Source: Eledone cirrhosa
Lineage: Eukaryota
NCBI GenBank assembly: GCA_964016885.1
Contig: OZ024743.1
Span: 185,008,001 to 185,072,000 of the forward strand
Reading direction: 5' to 3'
DNA: 64,000 nucleotides
Shown: positions 1 through 11,666 of the stretch, in pieces
How positions within the stretch are numbered: the first letter of the stretch is position 1
Layout of the letters: the number at the start of each line of letters is the position of its first letter
Made by a program: the position numbers and the translations under genes
The notes under the pieces: model-generated
Seen by the model: the letters and a program-made list of their open reading frames with translations, nothing else
The model's database searches: none
What the model was told of the DNA's origin: nothing

Positions 1-689
1 CTTTCAGATTTTTTTTCTTATATCTTTATATATTTAAGTTTCTATCATTTTAAATACATTACTTACCCTTTTCCTGGATTTAGTGTAGTTAAACAAGGCA
101 ATTGATTAATGTTACCATCTAAGAATTCAGAATGCAAAGAGCTGGAAAAATACTCCAAAGTATCTCGTTTGCTCTAACCATTCTGTTAGTTCACCTTCCT
201 GGACTTGTACTTGACTGACTGCTTTCATTTCATGCTGATTGCCAACACCTCCAGTCTTCTTGGTCCCCAAAACTGCTATTTTCGTCAGCAAAATTGAGAG
301 GAGAGCAATCTACCTGAAGAAGCAACTATAGCTGAAGCTGAAGGGTTTGCTGGCTGTTCGATTCAGCCATGCTTTCACTACCTTGTTCACAAGGTGTAGC
401 TAAGAATTTGCCCTTCTCATTTTCATTATTTAATTTTTTTTCCTTTCTTACTATGAGATTATTTCAAACTATTTATTTTTATTTTTATTTGTCATTATAC
501 TTTGCCAGTCTTCAGTATCTGTATCTCACTGCTATTTTTCAGGTATTACAACAGTCAGTGTTTCTGAATTAGTCTGCTAATTATGAATGTAATCAGTACC
601 TCCACACATAAATACACTCACTATACCTACCACATCCAACTCCTGTTATTTTTTGTATTTTTCTTTTTAGCCTATTTATTCTTGAGTCA

Positions 690-1030
690 TATAGGCAGGG
701 TCCCCAGACATACCTTCCAGAAGGTCCTAGCAAAAGCAACCTTCTCCAAATGATCCAGATAGATCCCCAAGCGAGATTAATTGAGCTTATGGATGTTATC
801 CATCTTCCTGGGACTCCTGCTGGTTGGCTTTGCCTGTAAAATATGCCTAGCAATTCATTCCTTAGGCATTCTGGCTACATGATTGTAGTACCGGAGTTGT
901 AATTTCTCAATTCGAAGAAATAACAACTCTACTCTGAGCTTCGCACTCTATTGAGTAACATTAGACCAAAACTCTTTTGGAAGAACCCTATTTCAGTAAA
1001 TGTATTTGCAATCACGACTCAAGATTCATA
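690..1030 (-). mobile_element. 3' fragment of an RTE-clade (Expander/Rex3-like) LINE, decayed
   Basis: Minus strand reads LRVELLFLRIEKLQLRYYNHVARMPKE*IARHILQAKPTSRSPR, the C-terminal 'QLRW.GH..RM...R.P...RPRGRP' block of RTE ORFs, with stops and frameshifts. Confidence 0.7.
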
Positions 1031-1144
1031 ACAATAGGTAAAGATAAGCACAAATACAGAATTTAAGATAGTGAGTTTGGTTTTTAGACCTTCACTTGAT
1101 GACTGAGTGCTCCAGCAATTTAAATTTTTTTTTTTTACTTTATT

Positions 1145-1250
1145 AACGATGAAATGCAAAGTTGAACTCATCAGGATGTGAACTTGAAGTGTAAAGAACT
1201 GGAACAAACGCCATATGACATTTTGTCTTTTGCTCTAACGATTCTGCCAA
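1145..1250 (-). mobile_element. SINE fragment (family A, reverse orientation)
   Basis: Reverse complement resembles the 5' half of the SINE copies at 12838-13045 and 27497-27690 (GGCAGAATCGTTAGAGC...GTTCA...TTTCATC). Confidence 0.55.
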
Positions 1251-2070
1251 ATTTCTCGCCTGGTATATATTTTATCGCCCCTTAGAGAGAGATGGGGAGA
1301 GACGAAGTTAACGTAAGTGCGATTTGAACTCAGAATATAAAGGGGCGTAATTAAATGCTATTGAGCTATTTAATCCAACAATCTGGTGTTTTTATCATTC
1401 TGCAGTGGCAATAATATATAACAATACGGAAACAACAGCTTTTAAGCAATTTAACTAGATGCTGGTCAAGAGCTTAATTAATATATACATATGGATCCAA
1501 GCTAGCAGCAGGACAACGGACTCTTATTTTTTTTATGGAGAATGCCGAAATAAATGTAGTGTAATGTTTATTTTTTGTTACCCTTTTAAAAAAATAAATT
1601 ATTTATTATAACAACTGAAGCTAGGAGAAATAATAATGAAATAAGAGGGAAAGGGACAGCATAATTAAATTGAAGTATTTAAGGAATTAATTAAAAATAT
1701 ATTTCGGTATGAAATTAAATCAAAGGAAATGTTTGATGATTGATTAATTAGGAAACCTTTGATAACATCCATTCCAGGAAGGATAAAGATATAGGAAGTA
1801 GTTTCATATATTTATGTATTTGTGTGTGCTGAAGAATATATATATATAATATGCTCGCACACAAAAAGATGTAGAAATTATTTAGAAGAGGGGAGTGATG
1901 TATAACGAGGGGGAAAATAAAATAAAAAGAATAATACATGCACAAACGCAGGAAAAGATAGAAAAAAAAAGAAAAAAGTAACGGACGTAGTATGAAGCAT
2001 GAATAAAAATGATGTGAGCGAGAAGAGAGGGCAGAGAGAAGGGAAAAAAAAAATTGTGTTGAGTGCAAGG

Positions 2071-2167
2071 TCAGCCAATCAGTTGGGAACGGCTTGCCAA
2101 TGTCGGCACTTACATCGTCTCTGGCAGGACGGCGCCGCCTTACAAGCTAATCTTGCCTCTGGTAAGT
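2071..2167 (+). promoter_or_regulatory. Probable promoter and first non-coding exon of the + strand gene
   Basis: Two CCAAT boxes (AGCCAATCAG 2073-2082; CCAAT 2097-2101), a short CpG-containing stretch, then a consensus donor TG|GTAAGT at 2161/2162. Linkage to the downstream gene is inferred. Confidence 0.45.
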
Positions 2168-2479
2168 CGAACGACACCTTTCACATATTTGGACATAGTT
2201 GGGTTGTGTGTGTGAAAAAAATTTTTATTTATTTTTTTTTTTTTCTACAGCTTGAGATAAATATTGGCCATGGTCAGTTTCAGTTGGAAAAGATGATTGG
2301 AAAACAGATTCTATATGGAATCTGGACGAGCGAAAAATTTTAAATGACTCTGTTTGTTTTTTGTTTTCTTCAATGGTTTTTCCGGCCCGGAAATGTCTTT
2401 CTGGTTGTATGTTGTTTCCAGGAATGAGGTGTGTGAGTGGCGTGTGGTATGTGATGGCGTGTGCTGTGGCGACGAACAG

Positions 2480-2945
2480 ACAGAGTGCCGGCAAAGGGCG
2501 GCCATTGAGAGAGAGCTAGCTACAAGAGAGAGAAGAGACATATAATATATATATATATATTCACACACACACACATTCACTCTCAGACCAGATGATATTA
2601 TTACAAGATGGCTGATCTATCAATTCACAACGACATAGTGCCGGCAAAGGGCAACCATTGAGAGAAACACACACACACTCCTCTGTCTGACCAGATATTA
2701 TAAGATGGCTATAGGAGAGAGACATATGCATGCATACACACACACATTCACTGCCAGACCTGATGATATATTATTACAATATGGCTACAAGAGAGAGAGA
2801 AGAAGCAAACGTACACACGCTCATTGTCAGACCAGATGATATAAGATGGCTACAAGAGAGAAACAAACACACTCTCACTATCAGAGCAGATGATATTATT
2901 ACAAGATGGCTGATCTATCAATTCATAACAGCGAGCGGCATGGTT
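2480..2945 (+). repeat. Imperfect tandem array (5 units, ~55-105 bp spacing) with core CAGACCAGATGATAT(TATT)ACAAGATGGCT and (CA)n/(GA)n spacers
   Basis: Core seen at about 2584, 2689, 2755, 2828 and 2882. GTGCCGGCAAAGGGC..CCATTGAGAGA is duplicated at about 2485 and 2638. Confidence 0.8.
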
Positions 2946-4533
2946 CTATTTTCCCCTCTCTATCTCTCCTATGCATAGTTGCAGCTGTCACTTTTTCCAG
3001 GCTATAAACATCACATCTCTTTGCATTCTCCTATCGAAGCAGCAATGTTTATAATTTCTATATCTTCTGATCCCCTCATCTCATTATCATCGGTCATATT
3101 TCAGACGATCATTTTTTTAATGAATTATTTAATCTTATAAAAATTCATTTCTATTGTTGACATATTTCTTCTTTCTATTATTGTATAACTGTCAGTTTTT
3201 ATTCTTATTTCTGCATTCGATTTTCCTCTTTCATCAAAAACATCTCGAAATATTATTTCAGTGCCTCCAAAACCTTTTCATTCCAACACGTTCTACTTTT
3301 TCGTATTATTTTTTTTAACGTTATATTAAGTGTTGTTCTTCCGAGAATTTTTAGCTTGGCATTCTTATATTTCTCCAAAGAGTCTTTTACGGAAATTTCC
3401 CACTGTGATGGCGGAACTTGTAAGACTTCAATCAAAACATTAGCAGCAGCAAGGCGATGATGGGTGAGAGCTGGAACTGATTTATTTCGTTGATGGGGCA
3501 TAACACATTTTAGTTCCCTATAATCAGTTTCTTAATTTATTTTGGCCAATTAGATTGTCATGTCGACATTTCTTTTCATATTCTTTCTATCTTCTGTATT
3601 TTTCGTGTTATTTTATTACAGTGTATTCGGGTGTTGCCCTGTATTTTCTTCTGTAAATATTTTGTTTCATTAAGATAGCTTTCACTATAATCACATTGAT
3701 ATTTCACATTAATGTTTTTCTCTCTTTTTTTTTTTTTTTTTTGTTAACAATTCAATGAATTTGTTAAATCAAATCGATAAACGTGTTTTTTTAAATCGTG
3801 ATTGACAATGTCTTGCTCCAGTGCATCATAAATTTTCGTGATACGTCAAACTTATCTATTTTGCATTCCAATAAATATGTTTCATTCACAGTTTCAAGTA
3901 TTAAATAATAATAAATTTAGTGAAAAAGATGTATATATATCATAAATAGAATTATTTGAATCAAAAGTAAAAAGAAGAAAAATAAAGCCAAACGTCAACA
4001 TATTTTGCAGAGAAGCTATGTGTAAAGTGTCATGTCTGAATCTTCGGTGAACTGTCCAAAGTAGCTGCTTTCGTGTCCACTGAGGGAGAGAGCGAGAGAG
4101 ACTTTTCTTTCGTAACTGACCCCAGCTAGTGTAATCGGTAGTTTCTACTGCTATTTAAATCATGTCCATTTCGTTATAAATACCTTTTTTGTTTTGTTTT
4201 AGGCTTCTTTAAAAAATGTTTTCAGTCTATTGCTTTGGTCGGGAGAAAACATTACTGAATCGACGAGTCGTTACCGATTCCTTCCTTGTTGGCTTCCTCC
4301 AGCCAGACTCCGGACCAAAGTTATGGTCACTTCGGCCGGAATGTCCACTTCTATATATTCTCCTCCCTTTCCCACTACTCTCTATCTTCCATTTCGCCAC
4401 GTCTCTGTCCCCTCCCTTTCTATCAATATTTTATGTTAGAAATCCTACTGTCTATCTAAAGCTATTATTTCCTCATCTTTTTATTACCACACACACACAC
4501 GTACTTCTTCATTGTCATCGTTTATATATATAC

Positions 4534-4579
<46 letters not shown>

Positions 4580-4816
4580 TAGATGAGAATGCTATAGCAT
4601 TTACTCAAATGCCTAGTGTTTCGTTCCAAAGCTTTTACGAATGAAACACGCACACACACACAGCTATGTCAAGGTATATCATAAGAAAGTATCTAATTCT
4701 ACATTACGTATTGAGTTCTTTATCACACAATGTTTCAATCAATGTTAGCACACCTGCATATATTACGGTATGCGTGTATATATATGTGTGTTTGTGTGTG
4801 TGTGTGGGGGGGGGGG

Positions 4817-5840
4817 TACGAGAGTCGGCTAAAAAGTTCATAGGCTGACCAAGATATTCTTATGGAATGCAATCAAATGAGGTTTATTTTTCAGCATAAC
4901 GTTGCGGTCCACACACTTCTATCAGTGTTGGATCCCATTGGTAAAGAAGCTTTCATGCTGTTGGTAAAAAAAAGTCGTCAGCAGCAGCTATGACATGATC
5001 ATCATTGCGATAATGGTTCCCAGCCAAGTGTTTTTCCCCCCAAGTGTTTGGGAACAGATGATAGCCAAATGGGACCAAATCAGGAGAATAGGGAGGGTGA
5101 TCAACCAGTTCAAAGCCAGTCATGCACAACAGCCATTGAAACCAAGGACATGTGTGCTGGTACATTGTACTGATGAAACAAGATCACTTTCGTTAGTTTT
5201 CTTGGATGTTTGGTCTTGATAACCTTTCGTAACTACCTCCATAAGTTGGCATAGTACTCTCCATTAATGACGTGGCACTTTTGAAGATACTCAAACACAA
5301 TGCCTTTTACATCCTAAAAAACTGAGGCCATCACCTTCCCAGCTGATGAAACAACTTTGACCTTTGGAGAAGTGAGGAGGGGTGTTTCTACTGCATGGAT
5401 TGTCTCTTTGTTTCTGGCTGAAAGTGATGAACCCACTACACATCCTAGGTTAGGAAATTTTCAAGGAAACCAGCTGGATCTTCCTCAAACAATGTCAGAT
5501 TTTCCTGTGATGTGATCAGTTTGGTGCGCTTTTAATCAGGTGCACCCACAAAGGAGAAACCTTCATCTTGCCAAGTTCATTGAGCAGAATATTCTCAAAA
5601 CTCTCACTTGATATGCTAAAAGCATAGCTATTTGATATATAGTCAATTGCCTGTCATCCATCACCATGTTGTGATCGCCATCAATGTTTTCCTCGGTGGT
5701 AGCAGTTGCAGGATGTCCAGATCTTGGGTCATCTTCAGGACTCTCCCTTCACCTCCTCTGTTGATAAAGCGGAAGCCTAATGTAGCAATAATGGGGGCTA
5801 GACCCTTTTTCTGCAGGTACATGAAGCTACTAGTTACTTT
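4817..5840 (-). mobile_element. Decayed mariner (Tc1/mariner) DNA transposon
   Basis: Starts with mariner-like end TACGAGAGTCGGCTAAAAAGTTC. Minus-strand remnant HPPYSPDLVPFGYHLFPN contains the YSPDL mariner motif. Related copy at 45455-46065. Confidence 0.85.
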
Positions 5841-5936
5841 TGAATAATCACATGTCAGATATAGATATAGATTGATATATAGAGATAGATATAGAGATAA
5901 ATAGATAGGTATATAGATATAGATAGGTACATATGT

Positions 5937-6175
5937 GAAGGCACGTGGCTTAGTGGTTAGATTTGCAATTGTGAGGTTGCAAGTTCGATTCTCGCACCGG
6001 GTGATGCGTTGTGTCCTTGAGCAAGACTCTATTTCACGTTGCTCTTTCTACCAGGAGTTGCAACCAGTAGATAATATCAGCAATGGAAAGGCCAATGGAA
6101 ACGTCCGATTTGACAAGGCCAACCCCACTCGGCAAGTGAATGAGGCCTGGGATGTTGTCAATCGATCAGAGTGAG
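5937..6175 (+). mobile_element. tRNA-derived SINE (family B head) with RTE-like tail
   Basis: A-box-like TGGCTTAGTGG and B-box-like AGTTCGATTC, then TGCGTTGTGTCCTTGAGCAAGAC shared with 9515-9820 and 55945-56200. Confidence 0.7.
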
Positions 6176-6274
6176 ATATACATATATATATATATATAAA
6201 CAGATACATATACAGATATAGATAGATATATATTTATATGTATATGATACACATGCATGTATATATGTATACAT

Positions 6275-6545
6275 ATCATCATCATCTTACGTCCATTCTT
6301 CCAAGCTAACATGGGTTAGACGAGTTGCCCTATTGTGGGCAATGCTAGGTCAGGTGACCATGTCTTGCTCATACAGAACTGAATCTAGTTTGGTTTCTAC
6401 AGCTGGATGCCCTTCCTGACTCTAGCCTCATTTACAGTTAGCATTGGATGCCTTTTGTTTTGACACCTACACAACCACTTTACAGTGTGGACTGGGTGCT
6501 TTTTGTCGTGACACATATATATATACACACTTTACAGTGTGTATA
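6275..6545 (-). mobile_element. RTE-tailed SINE (family C)
   Basis: (CAT)n + TTACGTCC..CATGGGTTAGACG tail and GGTTTCTACAGCTGGATGCCCTTCC core, shared with copies at 18780, 20075, 21380, 23150 and 47205. Confidence 0.75.
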
Positions 6546-6550
6546 TATAT

Positions 6551-9400
6551 ATCATCATCATCATTTTATGTCCGCTTTTCCCTGCTTGCAAGGGTGGGAC
6601 GGGTCCTATTCAGCAAAGCATCTCTCCACTTGTCACGGTCCACCGTGAGCTTCAGCGATCTGAGGTCTGCTCTCACCACCCCCGCCCATGTTTTTTGTGG
6701 TCTACCTCTACTACGTCTTCCTTCAATTGGCATTTCTTGACACTTCTTCACCCATCAGTCATCCTCCATGCGCATCACATGTCCATACCATCGCAGACTC
6801 CTCTCCCGCACACTACAATCTATCCCTCTCAGACACAGTTTCTCTCTCAACACATCCATGTTCGGTCGTTCACGCACATTGACATTGCACATCTAATGGT
6901 GTATGTTTGCCTCATTTCTCTCCAGCCGTCGCATATCATCTGCAGTTGCTGCCCATGTCTCACTACCATGCAGCATCGCGCTCCTCACACAGGCATTATA
7001 TAACCGGCTTTTCGTACGCAGGGAGAAACCCTTCTTCGTCAGCAGAGGAAGCAGCTCCCTAAACTTCTTCCAACCCATCCTTATTCTAGATACTATGGCC
7101 TTGGAACCCCCCCCCCCCTCCTATGCTAATCTGATCTCCTAAGTACTGGAAGCTATCCACCTCTTCTATAGTACCCGCCTGCATTTGAAAAATGTGTCTA
7201 TTCAATGCGACTTCTACTGTCTAATTTCCCTGTACATCTACTGCATACGTATTTCTCCCAACCTGTTAGTTTGCCTGCTATCCCACTACATCTTTTGTGT
7301 ACCCAGGATCTGCATTGTGTACATTTTATCGAATTTATGCCAGTTCCTTTTCTGCATATCGAACATGGCCATTTCCCTGATGGAATCAGAGTTTTGTCCT
7401 CTTTTCTACTCATCAACACTTTTGTGTTAGCTAGGTTCACTCTCAGTCCTCTTGATTCCAACTGCTGTTTCCATAGCCAGAATTTATTCTCTAGCTCCTC
7501 TACTGATTCTGCTATAAGAACCAAATTGTCAGCATAGAGAAGTTCCCATGGACAGCCAGTCTTAAACTCCTTTATTATGGCTTGGAGGACTATAATGAAC
7601 AAGAGCAGGCTGAGGATCGAACCCTGATGTACTCCTACTTGAATCTGGAATTTCTCACTAAACTCGATTCCTATTCTCACTTTACTGACAGCACCTCTGT
7701 ACAAAGTTTGCACTGTCCTCACAAGCCATTCCTCAACACCTAGTTTCCTTAGGGACCACCAGTTGTAATTGTCTCACTAAGATGAGAGCATCTGTTGTAC
7801 TTTTCCCAGGCACAAAACCAAACTGCATCTCATCTAGTTTTACCCTTTTTCTAATTAGTTGCGCTAATATCCTTTCTGCCACTTTCATAACCTGATTCAT
7901 CAGTTTTATACTCCTATAATTGCTCCTCTCCAGAGCATCCCCTTTACCTTTGTAGCAATTTATGAGAATACTGCTGCACCAGTTTTTGGGTATGACACCG
8001 CCATATATAGCCTGATTGATGATGAATGCAACCAGTTTAGTGCCTAAGTCCCCTGATGCCTTCAGCATCTCGGCAACTATCCCCGACGGTCCAGCGGCCT
8101 TACTATTTTTCATTTCCTTTATCGCCTCTTTGACCCTATATTCGTCAATCTTAATAGCTGGTCCCTCTGTCAGATCTACTGAAGGTAATTTCTCTCTCCC
8201 ATTCATTCTTCACATTCATCAGCCTCTCATAATGACATTCCAGGCCTCCTTTTTCTGATCATTCGTGACACTAAGTACACCGGCATCATTCCGGACACAT
8301 TGATCTCCAACATCCTGATTTGCATTGACACACAGCCTTGCAATGTGGAACACCGCACATCTCTGATCTTCCTGTCGCAGAACATTGGCAAACCTCCTAC
8401 TCTCAGCCTCCCTGCGTGCTAAGTAGACCTGACGTCTAGCTTCCCTCTTAGTGGCTGTATATCCTTCTCTACTCCCAGCCTTTTTCCAAGCATTCCATGC
8501 TAGTCTTTTGTCTCTAATGGCCCTATCTACCATGCTGTTCCACCACCAGGTCACTCTCTATCTGGTTGGAGCTCAGCTACAAGTTTCATCAGTAGCCTGC
8601 AGTAAGTTGTCACGTAAGAAATTCTAGTTATCATCTATGTCATATGACTCTAAATCGTCTTCTTTTTCGTCAGATACATCTTGAAGGACTTTCCTAAATT
8701 TGTATTTTAGTGAAAGGTCTTTTAGCTTCCAGATTTTTCTTCTCCACACCTTCCTGTATGTCTCATTCCGTCTCTTGCTTACTGAGATATCACTAACGAC
8801 TAACCTATGCTGTGGGGTACATTCTTCCCCAGGGTATGTCTTGGTATTTGACTCTATCTGCCTGTCCCGCTGCCTAACTAGCAAGAAGTCAATCTGGCTT
8901 ATGTGCTCGACTGATTTGTAGGTTATTAGGTGGTTGGCAGGTTTTTGGAAGTTAATGTTGCAAATGGTTAGTGCACTTGCATCACAAAATTCAAGAAGTC
9001 TTACTCCTTCATTTCTTGAGCCATAACCGTGCTGACCATATCCCCCAGTGTAACCATCCTGGAGCTATCCAACATGACCATTGAAGTCCCCTTCTAGCAT
9101 AACGATGTCTCCGTCCTCTGTCATTGCGGCTGTTTGTAAAAGTTGCTCGTAAAATCAGTCTTTCTCTTCTTTACCTAGGCCTGCCTGGGGAGCATAGGCA
9201 GAGATGATTTTCAGTAGTCTCCTCCCTACAACTAATCTAAGCTTAATTATTCTATTATTAACTCTAACTACTTCTATTGCCTTATCGATCCATCTCTCAG
9301 CCAGGAAAATGCCTACTCCCCCTAACTCATCATCCTTACCTACCCAGAAAAGCTTATAACTAAGATGTTTGCCTGCGATTAGTCTCGCAGAGGCACCTCT
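6551..9400 (-). mobile_element. RTE-clade LINE (APE + RT + PHD finger), 5'-truncated, frameshifted
   Basis: Minus-strand ORF pieces: APE (GDFNGHVG, IDFLL, ECTPQHRLVV), RT (KAAGPSGI, NYRSIKL, QFGFVPGKSTTDA, GVHQGSILS, LLYADN) and C-terminal RGRPQKTW, ending in an (ATG)n tail at 6551-6565. Confidence 0.93.
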
Positions 9401-9514
9401 CTCTCTCTATATATATATATAGAGAGAGAGATGGATATATATATATATGATGGAGGAGGTGGTGATGGTAGTGTTGATAGTAATGATGGTATAGATATAT
9501 TTATATACATATAA

Positions 9515-9820
9515 AGGCCCCCATCGGTCACTAATAACCATGGTTTTGCACCTAGAAAGTTTCCCTGGGCAAGGTTTATTTGGGGAAGACCAGCTGTTGC
9601 CCATTCATACCAGTCTCCCCTCTCCACACCACTGATGTCCAAGGCAATGGCTGATACAGCTTGGCACCAATGGCCGTAACTCATTTCTACAGCTGAATGA
9701 ACTGGAACAAAATGAAATAAAATGTCTTGCTCAAGGACACAACGCATCGCCCGCTCCGATAATCGAATTCACAACTTCTCAATTGCAAGCCCAGTGCTCT
9801 AACCACTAAGCCATGCACCT
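9515..9820 (-). mobile_element. tRNA-derived SINE (family B), near full length
   Basis: Reverse complement begins GGTGCATGGCTTAGTGGTTAGAGCAC...GAATTCGATT...TGCGTTGTGTCCTTGAGCAAGAC. Confidence 0.75.
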
Positions 9821-9849
9821 TTATATATAGATAGATATAAATAAACTAC

Positions 9850-10253
9850 CCAGAAGGCATAATATGTCCTATCCATAAAGGAGGAAGCAGAGCAGAGGCT
9901 ACGAACTACAGGTCGGTCTCCCTGACCTTGCATATCAGTAAAGGCAGGGATCAAATCTGAGAAAAACTGATCAATTTCCTTGAGGTAAATCACTTCCTAA
10001 CCAACACGTAGCATGGTTTTTACCTGGGAAGTAGCTGTCTTACACAGCTTTTACAACACTACAACTAGGTACTGAAACAGCTGCTAGACCACTCAAGTTT
10101 GGATATGATATATCTTAACTTTGCGAAGGCATTCGATAAGGTTGACCATGGAATATGTCACAAACTACACAGATTCAGCATAGTTGGAAAATTAGGTGAG
10201 TCGCTGCAGGACTTCTTAAAAGACAGAAGCCAGACTGTTGCAGCCAACAGGGC
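9850..10253 (+). mobile_element. Internal RT fragment of a CR1/L2-group LINE, decayed
   Basis: Reads PIHKGGSRAEATNYRSVSLT ... HGF...SCLTQLL ... DMIYLNFAKAFDKVDHG with stops and frameshifts. Confidence 0.8.
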
Positions 10254-10377
10254 CATCAGGTGCGGATTGCATGATTAGTTAATCAATAAAGGAATTACGG
10301 CATACACAAACAGAAAAAATATTTGATTCGCCGTAATTCCTTTATTGATTTACTAATTATGCAATCTGCACCTAATG
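10254..10377. repeat. 48-bp inverted repeat with 28-nt spacer
   Basis: 10254-10301 CATCAGGTGCGGATTGCATGATTAGTTAATCAATAAAGGAATTACGGC pairs with 10330-10377 with few mismatches. Confidence 0.9.
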
Positions 10378-10569
10378 ATGTCACCAGGAAGGATCTTATG
10401 TAACCAGGCTGTTGAAATATATAGACTTTTTGCAAGAATTAAACTTTAAAGGAATATCACCAATCCGGCCTTCTGTTGTTTTAATCAAACCTATATGTCT
10501 GTGCGTGTGTGTATATATATGTATATGTATATGAATGTATGTATATACGGATATATATGTATATATATA

Positions 10570-10660
10570 TGATAATGATATTGTGTACAGTGCTCAGCTG
10601 CACTACAACTCGTCAAAGGTGCATGTATAGTACATAGAATAATGTACAAATGTCAGGAAT
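10570..10660 (-). mobile_element. Isolated 3' tail of the CR1/L2-group LINE family at 38775-42323
   Basis: Reverse complement matches TTCCTGACATTTGTACATTATTCTATGTACTATACATGCACCTTTGA.GAGTTGTAGTGCA.CTGAGCACTGTACACAAT. Confidence 0.85.
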
Positions 10661-10672
10661 ATATGTATATGA

Positions 10673-10723
<51 letters not shown>

Positions 10724-10724
<1 letters not shown>

Positions 10725-11635
10725 GAGGTGTGACAGAAAAGTTCCAGGACTGATGTCACAAAAGATTTATTTCAAACCCAAACTTCACACTGAGTTTTCT
10801 CCTTCAAAGTAATCCCCTGGAGTCTAATGCAATTTTCCATCCTTTTCTGCCACACTTGCATGGACTCCTGGAAGGATTCTTCCGGTATCCTCTGCAGTTC
10901 CGTCGGCAGAGCCTTTTTGATGACGTCCACATCTTCAAAACGGGTCCCCTCCGGGTCATACTCAAAGATCCATGACTCATCACTGATGATGACTGTCCCT
11001 AGCAAGTCTGGTTCAGTTTCAAGACGCTCGAGGATATCCTGGCACACTTGCATGCGTCGACCCTTCTGGCCATCATTCAGCAGTTTTGGCACCATCTTCG
11101 CGCAGACTTTCTGCATGTCCAAATCTTCAGTGAGAATCTTCCAGACGCTGTCCCGATTCATGCCCAGGTCATTTGCCATCAGTTAAACAGTCAGCCGACG
11201 ATCGCTACACACCATCTGCCTGACGCGCTCAATGTTGACCTCAGTCTTGGTTGTTGAAGGCCTTCCGCTCCTGGGGGTCATCTTCCATGTCCTTGCGTCC
11301 TTTAAACCTATTGCACCACTCAAAAACACGTGAGCGTGACATCGTCTCATCTCCATACACTTGCTGCAGCAATCCAAGTGCTTCTGATGGAGTTTTGCCC
11401 AACAGTACCAGAAACTTCAAGTTTGTTCGTTGCTCTGTGCTCATTGCTTGACGACCTGAAACAGAGGACATGTATATAAAATTATGAAGAAAAAAGTTTG
11501 ATCGCTGCAGAGAGCTAAGATTACAGTTACATACTCCAGGGGGATTACTTTGAAGGAGAAAACTCTTAGTGTGAACTTTGGGTTTGAAATAAATCTTTTG
11601 TGACATCAGTCCTGGAACTTTTCTGACATACCTCG
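10724..11635 (-). mobile_element. Internally deleted, non-autonomous mariner (912 bp) with ~100-bp terminal inverted repeats and TA flanks
   Basis: TA|CGAGGTGTGACAGAAAAGTTCCAGGACTG... at 10722 is mirrored at 11635|TA. Transposase remnants: EQRTNLKF, RSGRPST, KVCAKMVPKLL and IISDESWIFEYDPE joined directly to GTRFEDV. Confidence 0.92.

Positions 11636-11666
<31 letters not shown>

Noticed and set aside
2480-2945. CRISPR-like repeat/spacer appearance
   Set aside because: Eukaryotic context, degenerate repeats, spacers made of related microsatellite sequence, and no cas genes.
3370-4440. CpG-containing patches with possible splice sites (for example acceptor at 4202) as extra leader exons
   Set aside because: Boundaries are ambiguous and there is no coding signal; cannot be supported without transcripts.
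5937-6010. tRNA-like A/B boxes (also 9750-9820 and 55945-56010)
   Set aside because: No complete cloverleaf; followed by SINE body sequence, so these are SINE heads and not tRNA genes.
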